Below, one piece after another: positions 1 through 11,962 of a stretch of DNA of 64,000 nt. The position numbers and the translations under genes are program-made. The notes under the pieces were generated by a model, which worked only from the letters and a program-made list of their open reading frames with translations, did not search any database and was not told the DNA's origin. Each line of letters opens with the position of its first letter. The stretch's first letter is position 1. The DNA lies in the IMG/VR virus record IMGVR_UViG_3300028797_000105, one strand, 5' to 3'. Origin of the DNA: an uncultured virus (IMG/VR IMGVR_UViG_3300028797_000105). Lineage: Duplodnaviria; Heunggongvirae; Uroviricota; Caudoviricetes.

Positions 1-711
1 CAAGGTCTGCAAGGCGAACAAGGTGAACAAGGTCTTCAAGGCGAACAAGGCATTCAAGGTCTGCAAGGCGAACAAGGTGAACAAGGTCTTCAAGGCGAAC
101 AAGGCATTCAAGGTCTGCAAGGCGAACAAGGCATTCAAGGTCTGCAAGGTGAGCAGGGTATTCAAGGTCTGCAAGGCGAGCAGGGCATTCAAGGTCTTCA
201 AGGTGAGCAGGGTATTCAAGGTTTGCAAGGCGAACAAGGCATTCAAGGTCTGCAAGGTGAGCAGGGTATTCAAGGTCTGCAAGGCGAACAAGGTCTGCAA
301 GGCGAACAAGGTCTGCAAGGTGAGCAGGGCATTCAAGGTCTGCAAGGCGAACAAGGTCTGCAAGGCGAGCAGGGCATTCAAGGTCTGCAAGGCGAACAAG
401 GTCTGCAAGGCGAGCAGGGCATTCAAGGTCTGCAAGGCGAACAAGGCATTCAAGGTCTGCAAGGTGAGCAGGGTATTCAAGGTTTGCAAGGCGAACAAGG
501 CATTCAAGGTCTGCAAGGTGAGCAGGGTATTCAAGGTCTGCAAGGCGAACAAGGTATTCAAGGTCTGCAAGGCGAACAAGGCATTCAAGGTCTGCAAGGT
601 GTTCAAGGCATCCAAGGCAAACAGGGCGTTCAAGGCATCCAAGGTGAGCAGGGCGTTCAAGGCGTTCAAGGAAAACAAGGTGTTCAAGGTGTTCAAGGTC
701 TGCAAGGTGCA
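1..711 (+). repeat. 9-bp-period tandem repeat CAAGG(T/C)NNN encoding proline-free collagen (G-I/L/E/V/K-Q)n
   Basis: Directly visible; shorter blocks at about 3712-3981, 5398-5532 and 6262-6438. Confidence 0.95.
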
Positions 712-3700
712 GATGGTCAAACAAATGACATAATACTTGAAACTGTTGGTAAAAAAATTGGTACAAATGGTGGAACAAACATATTTTATGTAAGATTTAG
801 ACCAGATAGTAAAATACCGAGTGACAATAAAATTCATATAAACGATAAAGTCACTATAATTTTCAATCATAGTTTTGACCATTTGTCTATATATGATACA
901 AGCGGTGATGATTTTCAATATTTTACGAATAATGATATTGTTAATGGTGCACCACAAATGATGGCTATATACAACAAAGCGTGTAGTTTGGTCGATGGGA
1001 ATGTTGTGATTTCTAATGATTCTATATTTGTTACGTCAGATGATGGTCGTAAGGATGCTTTGTATGTTCCAGTTATGTATCGTAGGAGTTATGGTAATGA
1101 AAAATCAAATAAAAGTTTGCCAGTTATTGGTATAGACCCGATAAGTTGTGAAAAATATGCAATTGGTTTACAAAATTGTTACATTAATGGAAGTGAGATA
1201 TTTGATAATGGCAGCGGATATGAATCACATAATTTTGTTTTTGAAATATCATATATTAATGACAAACAAGGTGAGTTCGATTATGGTACTGGTGCTGACT
1301 ATGAATCGTTTTATGAAAATTCTGATAACACACCGCTAACATATTCTGGATATGCTATATCGGCAAATGACAGTTCGCAAAATGGCTTGCAATCATTTAT
1401 GCAAGCAACATATTACAATTATAGCGGAAGTCAATCATCTGTTCATTGCCTTACGAAAATAGGTCATTTTGATACGATACACGGTGAAGATGATGAAACG
1501 AATAATGATGAAGTTGGTGAAGTTACAAATACGGTGAACACTTTGATTGAGCATTTGGTTAATGTTAGCGGTAGTTATTGTATTCCAGACCCATATAATG
1601 AAAATCAAAGGGCTACACAAGTAATCCCGCCAACTCCACCAAATCCACGTCCAGCATATTTGGCACAGCCAGCGTTTATGGTTGTCAGAACTTTGCATAT
1701 TATGAGTGCTGAATCTTATAATAGGCTGTTTAGAGACCAGATGTTTATAGAAAGGCAAGTGCCTAATTATACAAGTGGTGAGTGGATTTTAAATGGTAAC
1801 GGAAGTAATGTTGTTGATAGGAATAATACTGATGTAACATATTATAATACTGGTTGGCATAATGAATATGACTATGGTATTAGGGCAAGCATATCAACTA
1901 AAGAACGTTTGTTTAAGTATGATGGTTCGATGAACGGAAGTCCATCGACAAGAACAAAGGAATGGAATAATTATTGGAAGCATTTAAAAATAGATGGTGT
2001 GTACGGCAAGCAAAATTTGAATGGACTTGCTGGTGTGTTTGGTGGATATGCGAATAAGTTTCCGCAGTTAAGTGGAAATTCTTATAATACGTATAATTGT
2101 ACAAATTCTGTAAGAAAACTTTTGAAATTGTATGATATAGCAAATCATAATTGGACATTATCTGATGCTAATTATTATGATGGCATTCTTGTTGGCATTT
2201 TGCCTTTGGACGGATATAATGAAAATGGTATAATAAATGGCAGTAGTAGTTTTGATAAAACATTAAGAAGATGTTTGATACTGAATACACACCATTATAA
2301 TGGTGAACCAGCACATACTGATTATTGGAGTGATTTGGATACAACCTATTTCACTAATGGTGTTGTTGATGCTGATAATGTGTTGCTTCCTAATCTTTCG
2401 CATAACATAAGAAGCCCGTTTATATTTGGGTATGATAATTTGATACATTATTTAACGGAATTTCTATTCCCAAGCGGTTTGAACAATAACAACACAAATA
2501 GTTCCAATTTACCAGATTATTGGGGTATGCGTAGAGGTATTGTTGATGTTGGATATTGGAAACATAAAGACAAAACTTGTTATTCTGGAAATGCACAAGG
2601 GATAGTTGTGGATGATTTTGGCGGTTCTGCTCTTGGAACAAATGCAGCGTCATCAGGTACTTCTGAAAAATTGAGACATTTCTTTTTATCTGATACAAGC
2701 AGACTTGAACAAGTGTTTAATACACCGTGGAATAATTTTTATAGTTCAAACGGTTCTTATTATTATATCAATGATAATCTGAACTTATTTATGGATTCAA
2801 AATGCGGGTATAGGATTCTGACTTGGTGGAATGTAACTAATTGTACTGGTGGTTGGCATAATTTGAAAAATGAACATAATGTGCGTTTGTTTAATCAAAT
2901 GCATAATCAGAATCTTGCATATAGTTATTCCATAATCCAAATCCTTCCAGGAACCGATGATATACTATATGCAAGCATAAGTTCTGGTGCTAAAGGCGGA
3001 ACGATTACTTTGACAGATGAGTCGTTGGATAAAAATTCCCCAGAAACGCCAACTTCTGGTTCTATAACAGATATAACACTTGACGGATGCTGTTGCGATA
3101 ATGTTCTTATAGCAAAAAGGGAAACATCTGGAGCTCATAATAATATATTTGCGCTGACACCAGTTTCTGGAACATATCCGTTGAATAAAAATGATATGTT
3201 TACGGTCATATTTGAGGATTCATTCAATAATGAATACGGCATTGACGCATATCCATTGATTTTTGATGGTAGAGCGCATTCCGTGTTTGGCGATGAGGTT
3301 ATGAACAATGTGACGTATCATATTGATTATGTTTGCTGTGTATATAGGAATGCTGTTGTTAATAATGATTTGGCTAAATGTGTTCCTGCGCCTATAGTTG
3401 GTATAACACCAGATACTGGTTTTTCTTATACTATAAACAAAAACAAGCAAACGCAATTCAATGATTTATCTTTGCGTTCAAGCGTGGCGCATACGTTTGT
3501 TCTTGAAAAATGTGTTTTTTGTAATGGTGCAGATGCAAGTAATTACAATTATACATCAAACGTTTTTTCTGGCTATGATTTATGGGTAAATGGTGTTAAC
3601 AAAACAGAATGCTCTTGGGTTGGTATAGACTCGTATGTTTATGAGAATTATGAAAACTATAATTTAACTGTTGTTGCTTGTGCTACAAAAGTTGGTGATT

Positions 3701-6700
3701 TTAATGATAATGGAACACAAGGTGTGCAGGGTGTTCAAGGCATCCAAGGCAGGCAAGGTGTTCAAGGTATCCAAGGCAAACAAGGTGTTCAAGGTATCCA
3801 AGGCAAACAAGGTGTTCAAGGAATCCAAGGCAAACAAGGTGTTCAAGGCATTCAAGGCAAACAAGGTGTTCAAGGCATTCAAGGAGTTCAAGGATTGAGA
3901 GGAAGTGATGGCTCAAATGGAGAACAAGGTATTCAAGGTATTCAAGGTTTTCAAGGAATACAAGGATTCCAAGGTTTAAGCGGTGATGGACGTGTTATTC
4001 TTGTTACAACATTCGTAGATGATAATGTGTTTGATGTTGAAGAAATAAACGGAAATAATGTAACAATAACGGATAATACCGTTGTTACTATTGTTTTTAG
4101 ACATAGTTTTAACCATAAAAGCTGCTTTGATAGTAATCCATTCAATCCTAATATGATGTTTATACGTTGTAATAGAAATAAGCATATTTATTATTATCTT
4201 AATGGTGAACGAGTTGATTTGAACACTCAAGGTTATGAATTGCCAGTAATGTATAGGTTTTGCCATTTGAAAAATGATAAGAACTTTTATGGTATTCCAG
4301 CTCCTATAATTGGCATAGACCCATTGACTTGTGAAAAATATGCAATAGGTTTTGATAGTGTGGAAAGTTTGCAAATGGGCGTATTTAAATATGATTATTT
4401 GTCATATCACGATTTTATGTTTAGTAGCAAATACACTTGTCAAAAATGTGAATCGTATGTTTATGGGTGTGGAAATAAGTATGGTTATTTGTATGATGGT
4501 GAGAAGATACAAGAAGTGGAATATCCTATAAATGGAATAACACATAAAGTTAATTATACGCAAAATCATAATGTTTGTGGAATGATTGGACTTGGCGATA
4601 ATAAGTATTCTGCATTAAGCAAAATCGGTCATTTTGATACAGTTCACCGTAATACCAAAAAACAAGAAACAAATATACTTCGTACAAAAAGTGTTTCAAA
4701 TAATGGTGTTGTTTCTTTACAGATGATTAGCGGTAATTATCCGTTGAAAAAAGGTGATGAATTTATTGTTGAATTTTGTGATGAGATTGATAATAATATT
4801 ATTGTTAATGGATATTGGGATGATGTTCTTTATGAAGATTATCCATTGTGGCTTATATTTCAGTCTGATAATCCAATTTTTGATGGAAAATATTATTCTG
4901 CTTGTTTTTATAGGAATTTGAACGTAAGTCAATATGGATACGATTATGCTTTTGCCATACCAGCACCACTTATTCAAAAAGACCCATTTACTGGAAACTC
5001 ATATCGTTTATCTGAATATGATGTATGCTGTAGTGATATAGCAACATCAAATTATCATAAATTTGTATTTGATGAGTCGCTTGTTTTAAAATATTATGAA
5101 TATGATACAAATTATGAATATTCAGATGAAGGTGTTGTAATTCAAGATGTTACGACAATAAATCCAAACTATTGGTCGTATAATTATGGGGGATTGCAAT
5201 ATACATATGCTGATTTGGATGGGTATAATCCACAAGAAGCTATAGTTACAGTGCGTAATGAAGTTGCATTGCAAGGATGCTATACGGGTTTACAAATTAT
5301 TAAAACACCTTGGCAGGGTAATTATCTTGACAATGTTTTTTATAAATTATCATCATCAATTAAAGTTGGCGATTTTAGAAGCACGGAAGGCGGTGGTCAA
5401 GGAAACCAAGGAACTCAAGGTGTTCAAGGTGTTCGAGGTGTTCAAGGTGTTCAAGGTTTGAGGGGTAGTGACGGTTCAAATGGTGAACAAGGTACTCACG
5501 GAGTTCAAGGTGTTCAAGGTGTTCAAGGTTTGGCGGGCAATGACGGAGATGGGCGTGTTATTCTTGTAACCACAAAGGTTCAAGATAATGTGTTTACTGT
5601 TAGGGAGATTAATAACCAAAAAGTAAAGATAACCAATAATACAATAGTTACAATTATTTTCAGACACAGTTATAAACACAACATTGTTGTTGGGGAAACG
5701 CCTTGTTCATATATGATGTTTTTGAATTGTGATGTTGAAGGACAGATTTTATATGAAAATGATGTTCTTGTTGGTGAAAATAATTTTGCGGATTTAAGTG
5801 TTAAATATTACGAGTTGCCAGTTTTTTACAGATACGCATATCGTGGTGATGGCGATATGTCAGCTACATTACCAGCACCTATATTGGGTATAGACCCGAT
5901 GACTTGTGAGTGTTATGCTATTGGTATTAATGATGATACAAGTTTGTCATATTCGGATGGTCAAGATATTATGTATCATAATTATTTGTCGCATCACGAT
6001 TTTATATTTAATAGTAAAGGTGTATTTGATTTTGGCAATAAAGGTATAGCGTTTACATATGGCTGTGGTAATAATTATAGTGATTTATATCCTGGCCAAT
6101 CTGTATCGCAAAACTTCTTTTCGCTTGAAGATATAACTGGTAATGTTCATTTTACTGATAACAATAATATTCGTACAATTAATTCTAACGAAAAAGCACC
6201 AGTTCCGATTCTTGCAAAAATTGGGCATTTTGATACGGTGCATTCCAAGTCTGGCGGAGGTGGAATCCAAGGCGTTCAAGGTGTTCAAGGTTTGCAGGGT
6301 CCTGCTGGAAGCGGTGGCTCTGGCGGAGGTTCGCAAGGTGTTCAAGGTATTCAAGGAAAGCAGGGCATCCAAGGCGTTCAAGGATTGCAGGGTGTTCAAG
6401 GTCTACAAGGTCTGCAAGGTTTGCAGGGTCCTGCTGGTAGCAGTTCTGGTGGCGGTGGTAATGGATATGTTCTTCCGACAATAAGTTCACTTAAATTCAA
6501 CACGATTTATAATGGCAATGGATATATTGATACAGTTGAAGCGTTAGAGCCAACATATCAGTCGAATACATATGGCGTGTATAATTCTAATGCGCAGAGA
6601 TATGAACGACCGATTATAACGGAAGATATTTGCTTCCATCTGTCAACTATTGATGATTCGTGGGTTTATGATAATATTTTGACAAATAATGGTGGGTTGC

Positions 6701-7326
6701 CACCAAATAGCACCCCATTGTATTATGTCAGATTTGATTATTTGCGTCACGGAAAATGGACAAGATTCCATCAAGTTCCTTTGACAACAGTACACGCAAA
6801 AAGAGAGCTTAAAGTAAGCAATGCGATATATAAGGATTGGTTTTTTGTTTTGGAAGGAAGCGGTACAAGAACTACGACAAAAACGCTTATGGATATTCTT
6901 ATGAATAAGGCGAGTGGACGTTCATATTATGATGTTATGCGCCGTGGAACTACTGGTAATAGTTCACTATGTGCATATTTCAAATCAAATAAACGTCATT
7001 ATATATATATTGGAGGACAGAATAGGTCTGATGCGGAAGTGTATTATTTGACAACCAGTTCAATTTATCAATTTAACAATTATAGTGTTGCACACGAAAC
7101 ACCTTTAGTTAATAGGTTTAGTGCAAGTGTGCGTATGTCAATAGCACCATATATTAGCGACATAAGCAATTATGTGATAAGCCCAGTTGTATTTAACTTG
7201 ATACTTGGTATGACAAGGTATGAGGATTCGAGGGGTGATTGTAATGCAAATAGTTTATATAAGGGAAGCAATAGTGATTTGGTCTTTATAAGGGGTAAAC
7301 AATCAAAAGGACGAATACCATTTTAA
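1..7326 (+). CDS. Giant collagen-like tail fibre/adhesin, 5' truncated by the window edge
   Basis: Frame +1 is open from base 1. Four Gly-X-Gln blocks separate large repeated globular domains ending KIGHFDT or KVGDF. Confidence 0.8.
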   Translation, partial: QGLQGEQGEQGLQGEQGIQGLQGEQGEQGLQGEQGIQGLQGEQGIQGLQGEQGIQGLQGEQGIQGLQGEQGIQGLQGEQGIQGLQGEQGIQGLQGEQGLQGEQGLQGEQGIQGLQGEQGLQGEQGIQGLQGEQGLQGEQGIQGLQGEQGIQGLQGEQGIQGLQGEQGIQGLQGEQGIQGLQGEQGIQGLQGEQGIQGLQGVQGIQGKQGVQGIQGEQGVQGVQGKQGVQGVQGLQGADGQTNDIILETVGKKIGTNGGTNIFYVRFRPDSKIPSDNKIHINDKVTIIFNHSFDHLSIYDTSGDDFQYFTNNDIVNGAPQMMAIYNKACSLVDGNVVISNDSIFVTSDDGRKDALYVPVMYRRSYGNEKSNKSLPVIGIDPISCEKYAIGLQNCYINGSEIFDNGSGYESHNFVFEISYINDKQGEFDYGTGADYESFYENSDNTPLTYSGYAISANDSSQNGLQSFMQATYYNYSGSQSSVHCLTKIGHFDTIHGEDDETNNDEVGEVTNTVNTLIEHLVNVSGSYCIPDPYNENQRATQVIPPTPPNPRPAYLAQPAFMVVRTLHIMSAESYNRLFRDQMFIERQVPNYTSGEWILNGNGSNVVDRNNTDVTYYNTGWHNEYDYGIRASISTKERLFKYDGSMNGSPSTRTKEWNNYWKHLKIDGVYGKQNLNGLAGVFGGYANKFPQLSGNSYNTYNCTNSVRKLLKLYDIANHNWTLSDANYYDGILVGILPLDGYNENGIINGSSSFDKTLRRCLILNTHHYNGEPAHTDYWSDLDTTYFTNGVVDADNVLLPNLSHNIRSPFIFGYDNLIHYLTEFLFPSGLNNNNTNSSNLPDYWGMRRGIVDVGYWKHKDKTCYSGNAQGIVVDDFGGSALGTNAASSGTSEKLRHFFLSDTSRLEQVFNTPWNNFYSSNGSYYYINDNLNLFMDSKCGYRILTWWNVTNCTGGWHNLKNEHNVRLFNQMHNQNLAYSYSIIQILPGTDDILYASISSGAKGGTITLTDESLDKNSPETPTSGSITDITLDGCCCDNVLIAKRETSGAHNNIFALTPVSGTYPLNKNDMFTVIFEDSFNNEYGIDAYPLIFDGRAHSVFGDEVMNNVTYHIDYVCCVYRNAVVNNDLAKCVPAPIVGITPDTGFSYTINKNKQTQFNDLSLRSSVAHTFVLEKCVFCNGADASNYNYTSNVFSGYDLWVNGVNKTECSWVGIDSYVYENYENYNLTVVACATKVGDFNDNGTQGVQGVQGIQGRQGVQGIQGKQGVQGIQGKQGVQGIQGKQGVQGIQGKQGVQGIQGVQGLRGSDGSNGEQGIQGIQGFQGIQGFQGLSGDGRVILVTTFVDDNVFDVEEINGNNVTITDNTVVTIVFRHSFNHKSCFDSNPFNPNMMFIRCNRNKHIYYYLNGERVDLNTQGYELPVMYRFCHLKNDKNFYGIPAPIIGIDPLTCEKYAIGFDSVESLQMGVFKYDYLSYHDFMFSSKYTCQKCESYVYGCGNKYGYLYDGEKIQEVEYPINGITHKVNYTQNHNVCGMIGLGDNKYSALSKIGHFDTVHRNTKKQETNILRTKSVSNNGVVSLQMISGNYPLKKGDEFIVEFCDEIDNNIIVNGYWDDVLYEDYPLWLIFQSDNPIFDGKYYSACFYRNLNVSQYGYDYAFAIPAPLIQKDPFTGNSYRLSEYDVCCSDIATSNYHKFVFDESLVLKYYEYDTNYEYSDEGVVIQDVTTINPNYWSYNYGGLQYTYADLDGYNPQEAIVTVRNEVALQGCYTGLQIIKTPWQGNYLDNVFYKLSSSIKVGDFRSTEGGGQGNQGTQGVQGVRGVQGVQGLRGSDGSNGEQGTHGVQGVQGVQGLAGNDGDGRVILVTTKVQDNVFTVREINNQKVKITNNTIVTIIFRHSYKHNIVVGETPCSYMMFLNCDVEGQILYENDVLVGENNFADLSVKYYELPVFYRYAYRGDGDMSATLPAPILGIDPMTCECYAIGINDDTSLSYSDGQDIMYHNYLSHHDFIFNSKGVFDFGNKGIAFTYGCGNNYSDLYPGQSVSQNFFSLEDITGNVHFTDNNNIRTINSNEKAPVPILAKIGHFDTVHSKSGGGGIQGVQGVQGLQGPAGSGGSGGGSQGVQGIQGKQGIQGVQGLQGVQGLQGLQGLQGPAGSSSGGGGNGYVLPTISSLKFNTIYNGNGYIDTVEALEPTYQSNTYGVYNSNAQRYERPIITEDICFHLSTIDDSWVYDNILTNNGGLPPNSTPLYYVRFDYLRHGKWTRFHQVPLTTVHAKRELKVSNAIYKDWFFVLEGSGTRTTTKTLMDILMNKASGRSYYDVMRRGTTGNSSLCAYFKSNKRHYIYIGGQNRSDAEVYYLTTSSIYQFNNYSVAHETPLVNRFSASVRMSIAPYISDISNYVISPVVFNLILGMTRYEDSRGDCNANSLYKGSNSDLVFIRGKQSKGRIPF

Positions 7327-7339
7327 CATTTGTGTGTTT

Positions 7340-7367
7340 AACAGCCGATAAATATCGGCTGTTTTTT
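7340..7367 (+). terminator. Intrinsic terminator
   Basis: AACAGCCGAT-AAAT-ATCGGCTGTT followed by a T run. Confidence 0.8.
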
Positions 7368-7370
7368 CTT

Positions 7371-7378
7371 TATAAATA
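7371..7378 (+). promoter_or_regulatory. T4-type late promoter TATAAATA
   Basis: Exact T4 late consensus. Also at about 9093, 10685, 15663, 23168, 29185, 32628, 33681, 38731, 40066, 41861, 42932, 51151 and 61083 (+), and 38715, 46736, 50681 and 63213 (-), each shortly upstream of an ORF start. Confidence 0.8.
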
Positions 7379-7505
7379 TTAGGGGGATTTCTTAATGGGG
7401 AGCGTGCCAACTCTATATTAATGGAATGTTACCTTTTTGGAGGTGTCCGACCGTCTTAATATGTCTCCACGACAAGTTCCCCCATTTTTAATTTAATGAT
7501 ATGCT

Positions 7506-8180
7506 ATGTCTTTTTATAAAAGTGATTTGACAAATAAGGAAGATTTTATAAAGAAACTCAATGCGTTAGGCGGAGGAAGTGGGTTTTCGTACACGGATAA
7601 TGTGTTTATCGCAAAAGGTAATTTGGGGAATAATATTATGGAAATTATGCCGTTGTATAACCACGTAAATAATCCGATAAATCTTTTAGGTGATATGATA
7701 ACGGTTGTTTTTACTGCGGATTATATTAGAGGGTATGAACTTAATGAAGGTAATCGTTATTATTATCCGTTGATTTTAAGATATGGCGGCGGATTTTGGT
7801 ATGGTGAGGAAAATAATGTAACTGATGTTTTGTGTTTTTATAGGAACGAGCAATCAAATGGATATCCAGCACCGATAATAGGATTTGACCCAGTTTGGTC
7901 TCTTGATTATTATGTTGGGACTGGTTATAACGCATCTTTTGCGGAACAATTGTATATGAGTGGTGATGCGCACACATTCGTTCTTGGTATGATACCATTT
8001 TTGGATGGTGCTCAATATGATTATGGTTTTGAAGGTAAACAAAATGCGGTTTTTAGCACAGAAAGTAAAAACATACCAGATAGTATTTTTCTAAAAGGCA
8101 TAAAGGGCGGCGCACAATTTGTTGCTGGTGCTGTAAAGGTTGGTGATTTCTTTTGCGGAAATATACCAGTATTGGACTAA
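7506..8180 (+). CDS. Stand-alone copy of the fibre's repeated globular domain
   Basis: NVFIAK..ITVVF..CFYRN..PAPIIGFDP..HTFVL..KVGDF matches the fibre repeats. Confidence 0.75.
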   Translation: MSFYKSDLTNKEDFIKKLNALGGGSGFSYTDNVFIAKGNLGNNIMEIMPLYNHVNNPINLLGDMITVVFTADYIRGYELNEGNRYYYPLILRYGGGFWYGEENNVTDVLCFYRNEQSNGYPAPIIGFDPVWSLDYYVGTGYNASFAEQLYMSGDAHTFVLGMIPFLDGAQYDYGFEGKQNAVFSTESKNIPDSIFLKGIKGGAQFVAGAVKVGDFFCGNIPVLD

Positions 8181-8207
8181 AGCGATTTTTATAATGATAT
8201 TATAATG

Positions 8208-8236
8208 AAAAAAGGCTTGCGTTTGCAAGCCTTTTT
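8208..8236. terminator. Bidirectional terminator
   Basis: A-run AAAGGCTTGC-GTTT-GCAAGCCTTT T-run between convergent genes. Confidence 0.8.
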
Positions 8237-8238
8237 GC

Positions 8239-9066
8239 TTATTCGGTTTCGGATTCTGTTTTCTTCTTGTTGCTTGATTTATTGTGTTCGGCATAAGCCT
8301 TGATTAGATGTTCAACTATCTGGTGTCTGTGGTTGTTCTTCAGTTCAATGTTCACCATCCCAGGAATCGTTTCCGCACATTTGCACATAAATTTGAACCC
8401 GCTGTCGGTCTTGTGTTTCAAATCCACTTGTGAAATGTCACCGCATATAATCATTTTAGACCTCAACCCTATTCTTGTCACAATCATTTCCATCTGTTCG
8501 TCTGTGATGTTTTGTGCTTCGTCCACAATAACGCAGGCATCCAAAAATGTCAGACCTCTCATAAACGACACTGGAACAATTTCAAGTGTTCCGTCATTGA
8601 GCCATTGTTCTACTTGGTATCGTTTGTCTTTGCCGAGTAAAAGATAAAAATTCTGGTATATTGGCTGCAACCATACATCCATTTTATCCCTTACCGTCCC
8701 AGGCAGGAAACCAATATCCTCCTTTGATACCGTTGGTCTTGTTACGACAATTTTCGTAAATTCTTTTTTCATATACCCGTCAAGCGCAATCTGGCAGGCG
8801 AGCAAAGTCTTTCCAGACCCAGCCGCCCCGTGCAGCACACTGATTGTGTTTTCGAGAATAATCTGCTTGGCCGCTTTCTGCTCATCATTGAGCTGAACGG
8901 CAAATTTAGGTGATTTGTCACTCATAGAAGAATTAATGTTTTTTGTTGTATTGGATACGGATACGGAAACGGGCGTTTCCTCCATAAGTTCTGAAAGTTC
9001 TCGTCTTGATACTTTGGTCATACGTTGTTCAGAATCTAATTTGTATGTATTATTTATATTCGGCAT
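8239..9066 (-). CDS. phoH: PhoH-family ATPase (start uncertain)
   Basis: GAAGSGKT Walker A, VTRP, IGFLPG, FMRG, VDEAQN and GDISQVD motifs. Confidence 0.9.
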   Translation of the reverse strand: MPNINNTYKLDSEQRMTKVSRRELSELMEETPVSVSVSNTTKNINSSMSDKSPKFAVQLNDEQKAAKQIILENTISVLHGAAGSGKTLLACQIALDGYMKKEFTKIVVTRPTVSKEDIGFLPGTVRDKMDVWLQPIYQNFYLLLGKDKRYQVEQWLNDGTLEIVPVSFMRGLTFLDACVIVDEAQNITDEQMEMIVTRIGLRSKMIICGDISQVDLKHKTDSGFKFMCKCAETIPGMVNIELKNNHRHQIVEHLIKAYAEHNKSSNKKKTESETE

Positions 9067-9116
9067 TGCATTGGTTGTATTGGTGCGGCTTGTATAAATA
9101 TACAAATAGTCTTTGT

Positions 9117-9641
9117 ATGCGAATATTTAGAGTTGATGATATGCCTTGCAGTTCCAGTTGTTTGTGCGAAAAACTGGATATAAAGCCAATCACAAAAACC
9201 AGACTTGACGGAATGAAAATGCGTGGTATTAAAGCTAAACTTGAAACTGGTGATGTTGTTTGGTTTGAGGAAAACGGTAAGCGTTCACAGAATGAAAGAT
9301 ATGTGTATGTGGCTTATAGGGATATGAGTGATGCTTTGCGTCCTTGTCTCATTGATTTTAACACGGAAGATTTGAGTGTATGCGGACAAGGCTGGATGAT
9401 TAGACTTACATATGGTCTAATAACAACTGGTATACTTGAAGAAAACAAAGAGTATATAGATTGTTTTTATGTTTCTGAACTTGACGAAAACCTTAATGGC
9501 AATGTTGGTGATGATTATGTTAAACTGGTTGATGTAAGAAGGCAGGCGAATGTTCCGAAACCTATACAATTTGACTATATTAAAATGCACACGTATTTGA
9601 ATCCGAATGTGTATTCAAAGCATTTCAAATCAATATTATAA
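9117..9641 (+). CDS. Hypothetical protein with EKLDIKPITKTRL leader tag
   Basis: ATG at 9117 follows TATAAATA; shares the N-terminal motif. Confidence 0.7.
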   Translation: MRIFRVDDMPCSSSCLCEKLDIKPITKTRLDGMKMRGIKAKLETGDVVWFEENGKRSQNERYVYVAYRDMSDALRPCLIDFNTEDLSVCGQGWMIRLTYGLITTGILEENKEYIDCFYVSELDENLNGNVGDDYVKLVDVRRQANVPKPIQFDYIKMHTYLNPNVYSKHFKSIL

Positions 9642-9661
9642 ACTGACAAAAAATAGATAAT

Positions 9662-10615
9662 ATGGGTGTTAATGTATATAACCAGACGAAAAACTATGAT
9701 AATAGCGTGATTAGGTACGTTATTGTCGCTTTGTTGGCGGAACTCCGCAACAAGGTTTACGTATACCAGCATCTTTCGGATGGCGTTACGGAAAAGGTTG
9801 ATATACCTTTTATCTTTTCTGTTACTGGTAGCGAGCGTTTTCTTAAAGACGAGTATCAGTATGATGCAATCAACAATGGTTTGGCAATCGGTGACTATGA
9901 GAAAGTTCCGAGAGGTGTCGTGAATATAGAGAATGTCAGTGTTGATTCTGGAAGCCAAGTGAATAAGTTTACACAAGCGAAATTTGTTCACGAGGTTGAT
10001 GGTGTTCTGAAAACCTTTTATATGCGGTGCTGCTTTTTGCCGATAAATATGTCATTTTCCTGCACTATGGTATGCTCATCGCAGATTGAGATGCTTAAAG
10101 TTACCGAAAGTATATTGAGTAAACTTTATTCTGTGAACACGTTTTATGTTGATTTGGGTATGATGAATGTCCAATCGTCATATACTTTGCCGCAGGATTA
10201 TTCGCAGGAACGCCCTATTGATTTCGGCCTTGACCAGCAGAAGGAATACAAGGTATCATTCAATATAGATGTAAAGAGTTTCTATCCAGTGTTTGAGCAC
10301 GGCATATTGCTTGACGAGATTGAAGAAATGCTGAAAGGCAAGGACGGTACTGTTATGATGTTCCGTTCTGACGAATACGGCAATGCTGGCATTTACCCAG
10401 GCGGACTCATCACCAAATTCCATATGGGCGATGATAATTATAAGGAACGTGATATAAGTGAACTTGACAAAAATATACAAGGCGGCGATGTTGATAAGAA
10501 TGTTATCACCGAGCAGCCTATTCCTAAAACATATATGGAATCCAACCGTGACCGTGATTTGGATTATACGATAAAGGTTGCGGGTTATGATGAAAAACAA
10601 AACAAGCACTTATGA
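9662..10615 (+). CDS. T4 gp15-like tail terminator/sheath stabiliser
   Basis: YDNSVIRYVIVAL..KVDIPF..VPRG..PINMSF..E.IL pattern resembles gp15. Confidence 0.6.
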   Translation: MGVNVYNQTKNYDNSVIRYVIVALLAELRNKVYVYQHLSDGVTEKVDIPFIFSVTGSERFLKDEYQYDAINNGLAIGDYEKVPRGVVNIENVSVDSGSQVNKFTQAKFVHEVDGVLKTFYMRCCFLPINMSFSCTMVCSSQIEMLKVTESILSKLYSVNTFYVDLGMMNVQSSYTLPQDYSQERPIDFGLDQQKEYKVSFNIDVKSFYPVFEHGILLDEIEEMLKGKDGTVMMFRSDEYGNAGIYPGGLITKFHMGDDNYKERDISELDKNIQGGDVDKNVITEQPIPKTYMESNRDRDLDYTIKVAGYDEKQNKHL

Positions 10616-10665
10616 AAATACTGAACGCAAACGAATATATAAATGAAAGCAATTATCCCTTTTAG
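10612..10665 (+). pseudogene. Truncated leader-bearing ORF (MKILNANEYINES) cut by TnpB element 1
   Basis: ATGA overlap with the upstream gene; the frame runs into the left TIR and stops there. Confidence 0.55.
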
Positions 10666-10712
10666 TCTTGTAAAATGTGAGTGATATAAATAGAGTATAG
10701 TATTTCAATCGG

Positions 10713-11948
10713 ATGGAAAGGATGTACACATACAAGTTTAGGTTATATCCGAACAGAGAGCAGCGGGATTACCTTGCCAATGTTTTCGGCTGTTGCAGGC
10801 TTGTGTACAACTATTTCCTCAATAAAAAGAAAATCCAATACAATGAATCCAAAACAAGTGATTCATATAACGTACAGTCTGGTAAATTAACAGAACTCCG
10901 CAAGACTGAAGGGTTTGAGTTCTTGAACGCTGTCCCTTTGCAGTCTTTGCAATGCAGTTTGAGGAATATGCACACAGCATACGATAATTTCTACAAGCAC
11001 AAAAGTTCTTATCCAAAGTTCAAGGACAAAAGGAACAAACAGTCATTTAAGATTGCACAACCTAACACATTCCATATCAAGGATGACAAACTTTATATAC
11101 CTAAACTTAAAAGCGGGATAGACATAGTTATGGAGCGTGAGATTATAGGCAAAATCTGCTTTGCCACAATATCAAAGAACAAGGCTGGCAGATATTATAT
11201 AGCAATAACAGTCAAACAAGACTATACACAAAGCAGCAAAACCTATGAACGTGTAGGTCTTGACCTCGGAATAAAGGAACTTATAATCACAAGCAAAGGA
11301 TTCAAATACGCAAGCAAACGCAGCATAATCAGATATTACAAAAGAAAACTGAAGAAATACCAGAGATGTCTGGCGAGGAAAGTTTATGGAAGCAAAAGAT
11401 ACGAAAACCAAGTGCTGAAATGCAACCGAATCTACCAGAAAATCACAGACATCAAAACTGATTATATACACAAGATAACCACAGAACTGGTCAAAACTTA
11501 TGACTTGATAAAGGTTGAGGACTTGAACGTCAAAGGAATGATGAAAAATCATAAGTTAGCAGAATCCATCTCCGATTGCAACTGGTATCAGTTCGTTCAG
11601 ACACTTGAATACAAATGCAAGTGGAACGGAAAGACTATGATGAAAGTTGACAGATACTACCCGTCAAGCCAGATGTGTTCCGAATGTGGTTACATAAACA
11701 AGAAAGTCAAAAATCTGGCCGTAAGGTATTGGACTTGCCCGAACTGTGGTGCTCATCACGACAGAGACATCAATGCGGCGAAGAACAACGAGCAATATGA
11801 ACCAGATGAATGGCAAAGATATATCTCGGCAAGGAATGCCGAGTACAGTCGTGGAGCTGTGTACCAACCGTTTGCAAAACCCAAGAAAACTGGTGAACAA
11901 ACGGACAGCAATGAAGCGACTATTGAACTTGAAGTCCTACAAGACTAA
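10713..11948 (+). CDS. tnpB: RNA-guided endonuclease TnpB
   Basis: YKFRLYP N-terminal HTH, RuvC GLDLG / VEDL / DRDINAA, and CSECG..CPNCG zinc finger; catalytic D-E-D intact. Confidence 0.95.
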   Translation: MERMYTYKFRLYPNREQRDYLANVFGCCRLVYNYFLNKKKIQYNESKTSDSYNVQSGKLTELRKTEGFEFLNAVPLQSLQCSLRNMHTAYDNFYKHKSSYPKFKDKRNKQSFKIAQPNTFHIKDDKLYIPKLKSGIDIVMEREIIGKICFATISKNKAGRYYIAITVKQDYTQSSKTYERVGLDLGIKELIITSKGFKYASKRSIIRYYKRKLKKYQRCLARKVYGSKRYENQVLKCNRIYQKITDIKTDYIHKITTELVKTYDLIKVEDLNVKGMMKNHKLAESISDCNWYQFVQTLEYKCKWNGKTMMKVDRYYPSSQMCSECGYINKKVKNLAVRYWTCPNCGAHHDRDINAAKNNEQYEPDEWQRYISARNAEYSRGAVYQPFAKPKKTGEQTDSNEATIELEVLQD

Positions 11949-11962
11949 AAGGGATAATTCCG
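11820..11962 (+). ncRNA. Putative omegaRNA (reRNA) scaffold overlapping the tnpB 3' end; also in copies 2 and 3
   Basis: Hairpin CTCGGCA-AGGAA-TGCCGAG, AGTCG..CGACT stem (GGTCG wobble in copies 2 and 3), GCTGT/ACAGC stem; near-identical in all three copies. Confidence 0.55.

Larger units (their letters stand above)
10648..11962 (+). mobile_element. TIR-bounded TnpB-only element, copy 1
   Basis: Perfect 22-bp inverted repeat AATTATCCCTTTTAGTCTTGTA (10651-10672) / TACAAGACTAAAAGGGATAATT (11938-11959); homologous to copies 2 and 3. Exact ends uncertain by about 3 bp. Confidence 0.85.

Noticed and set aside
1..733. Tandem repeat as a CRISPR array, or the 236-aa VFKVCK ORF as a gene
   Set aside because: The 9-bp period has no unique spacers; the ORF is an off-frame shadow of the collagen codons.
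10648..11962. TnpB cassettes as IStrons or Cas12f/CRISPR loci
   Set aside because: Only about 60 nt precede the ORF, too little for a group I intron, and no repeat-spacer array is adjacent.
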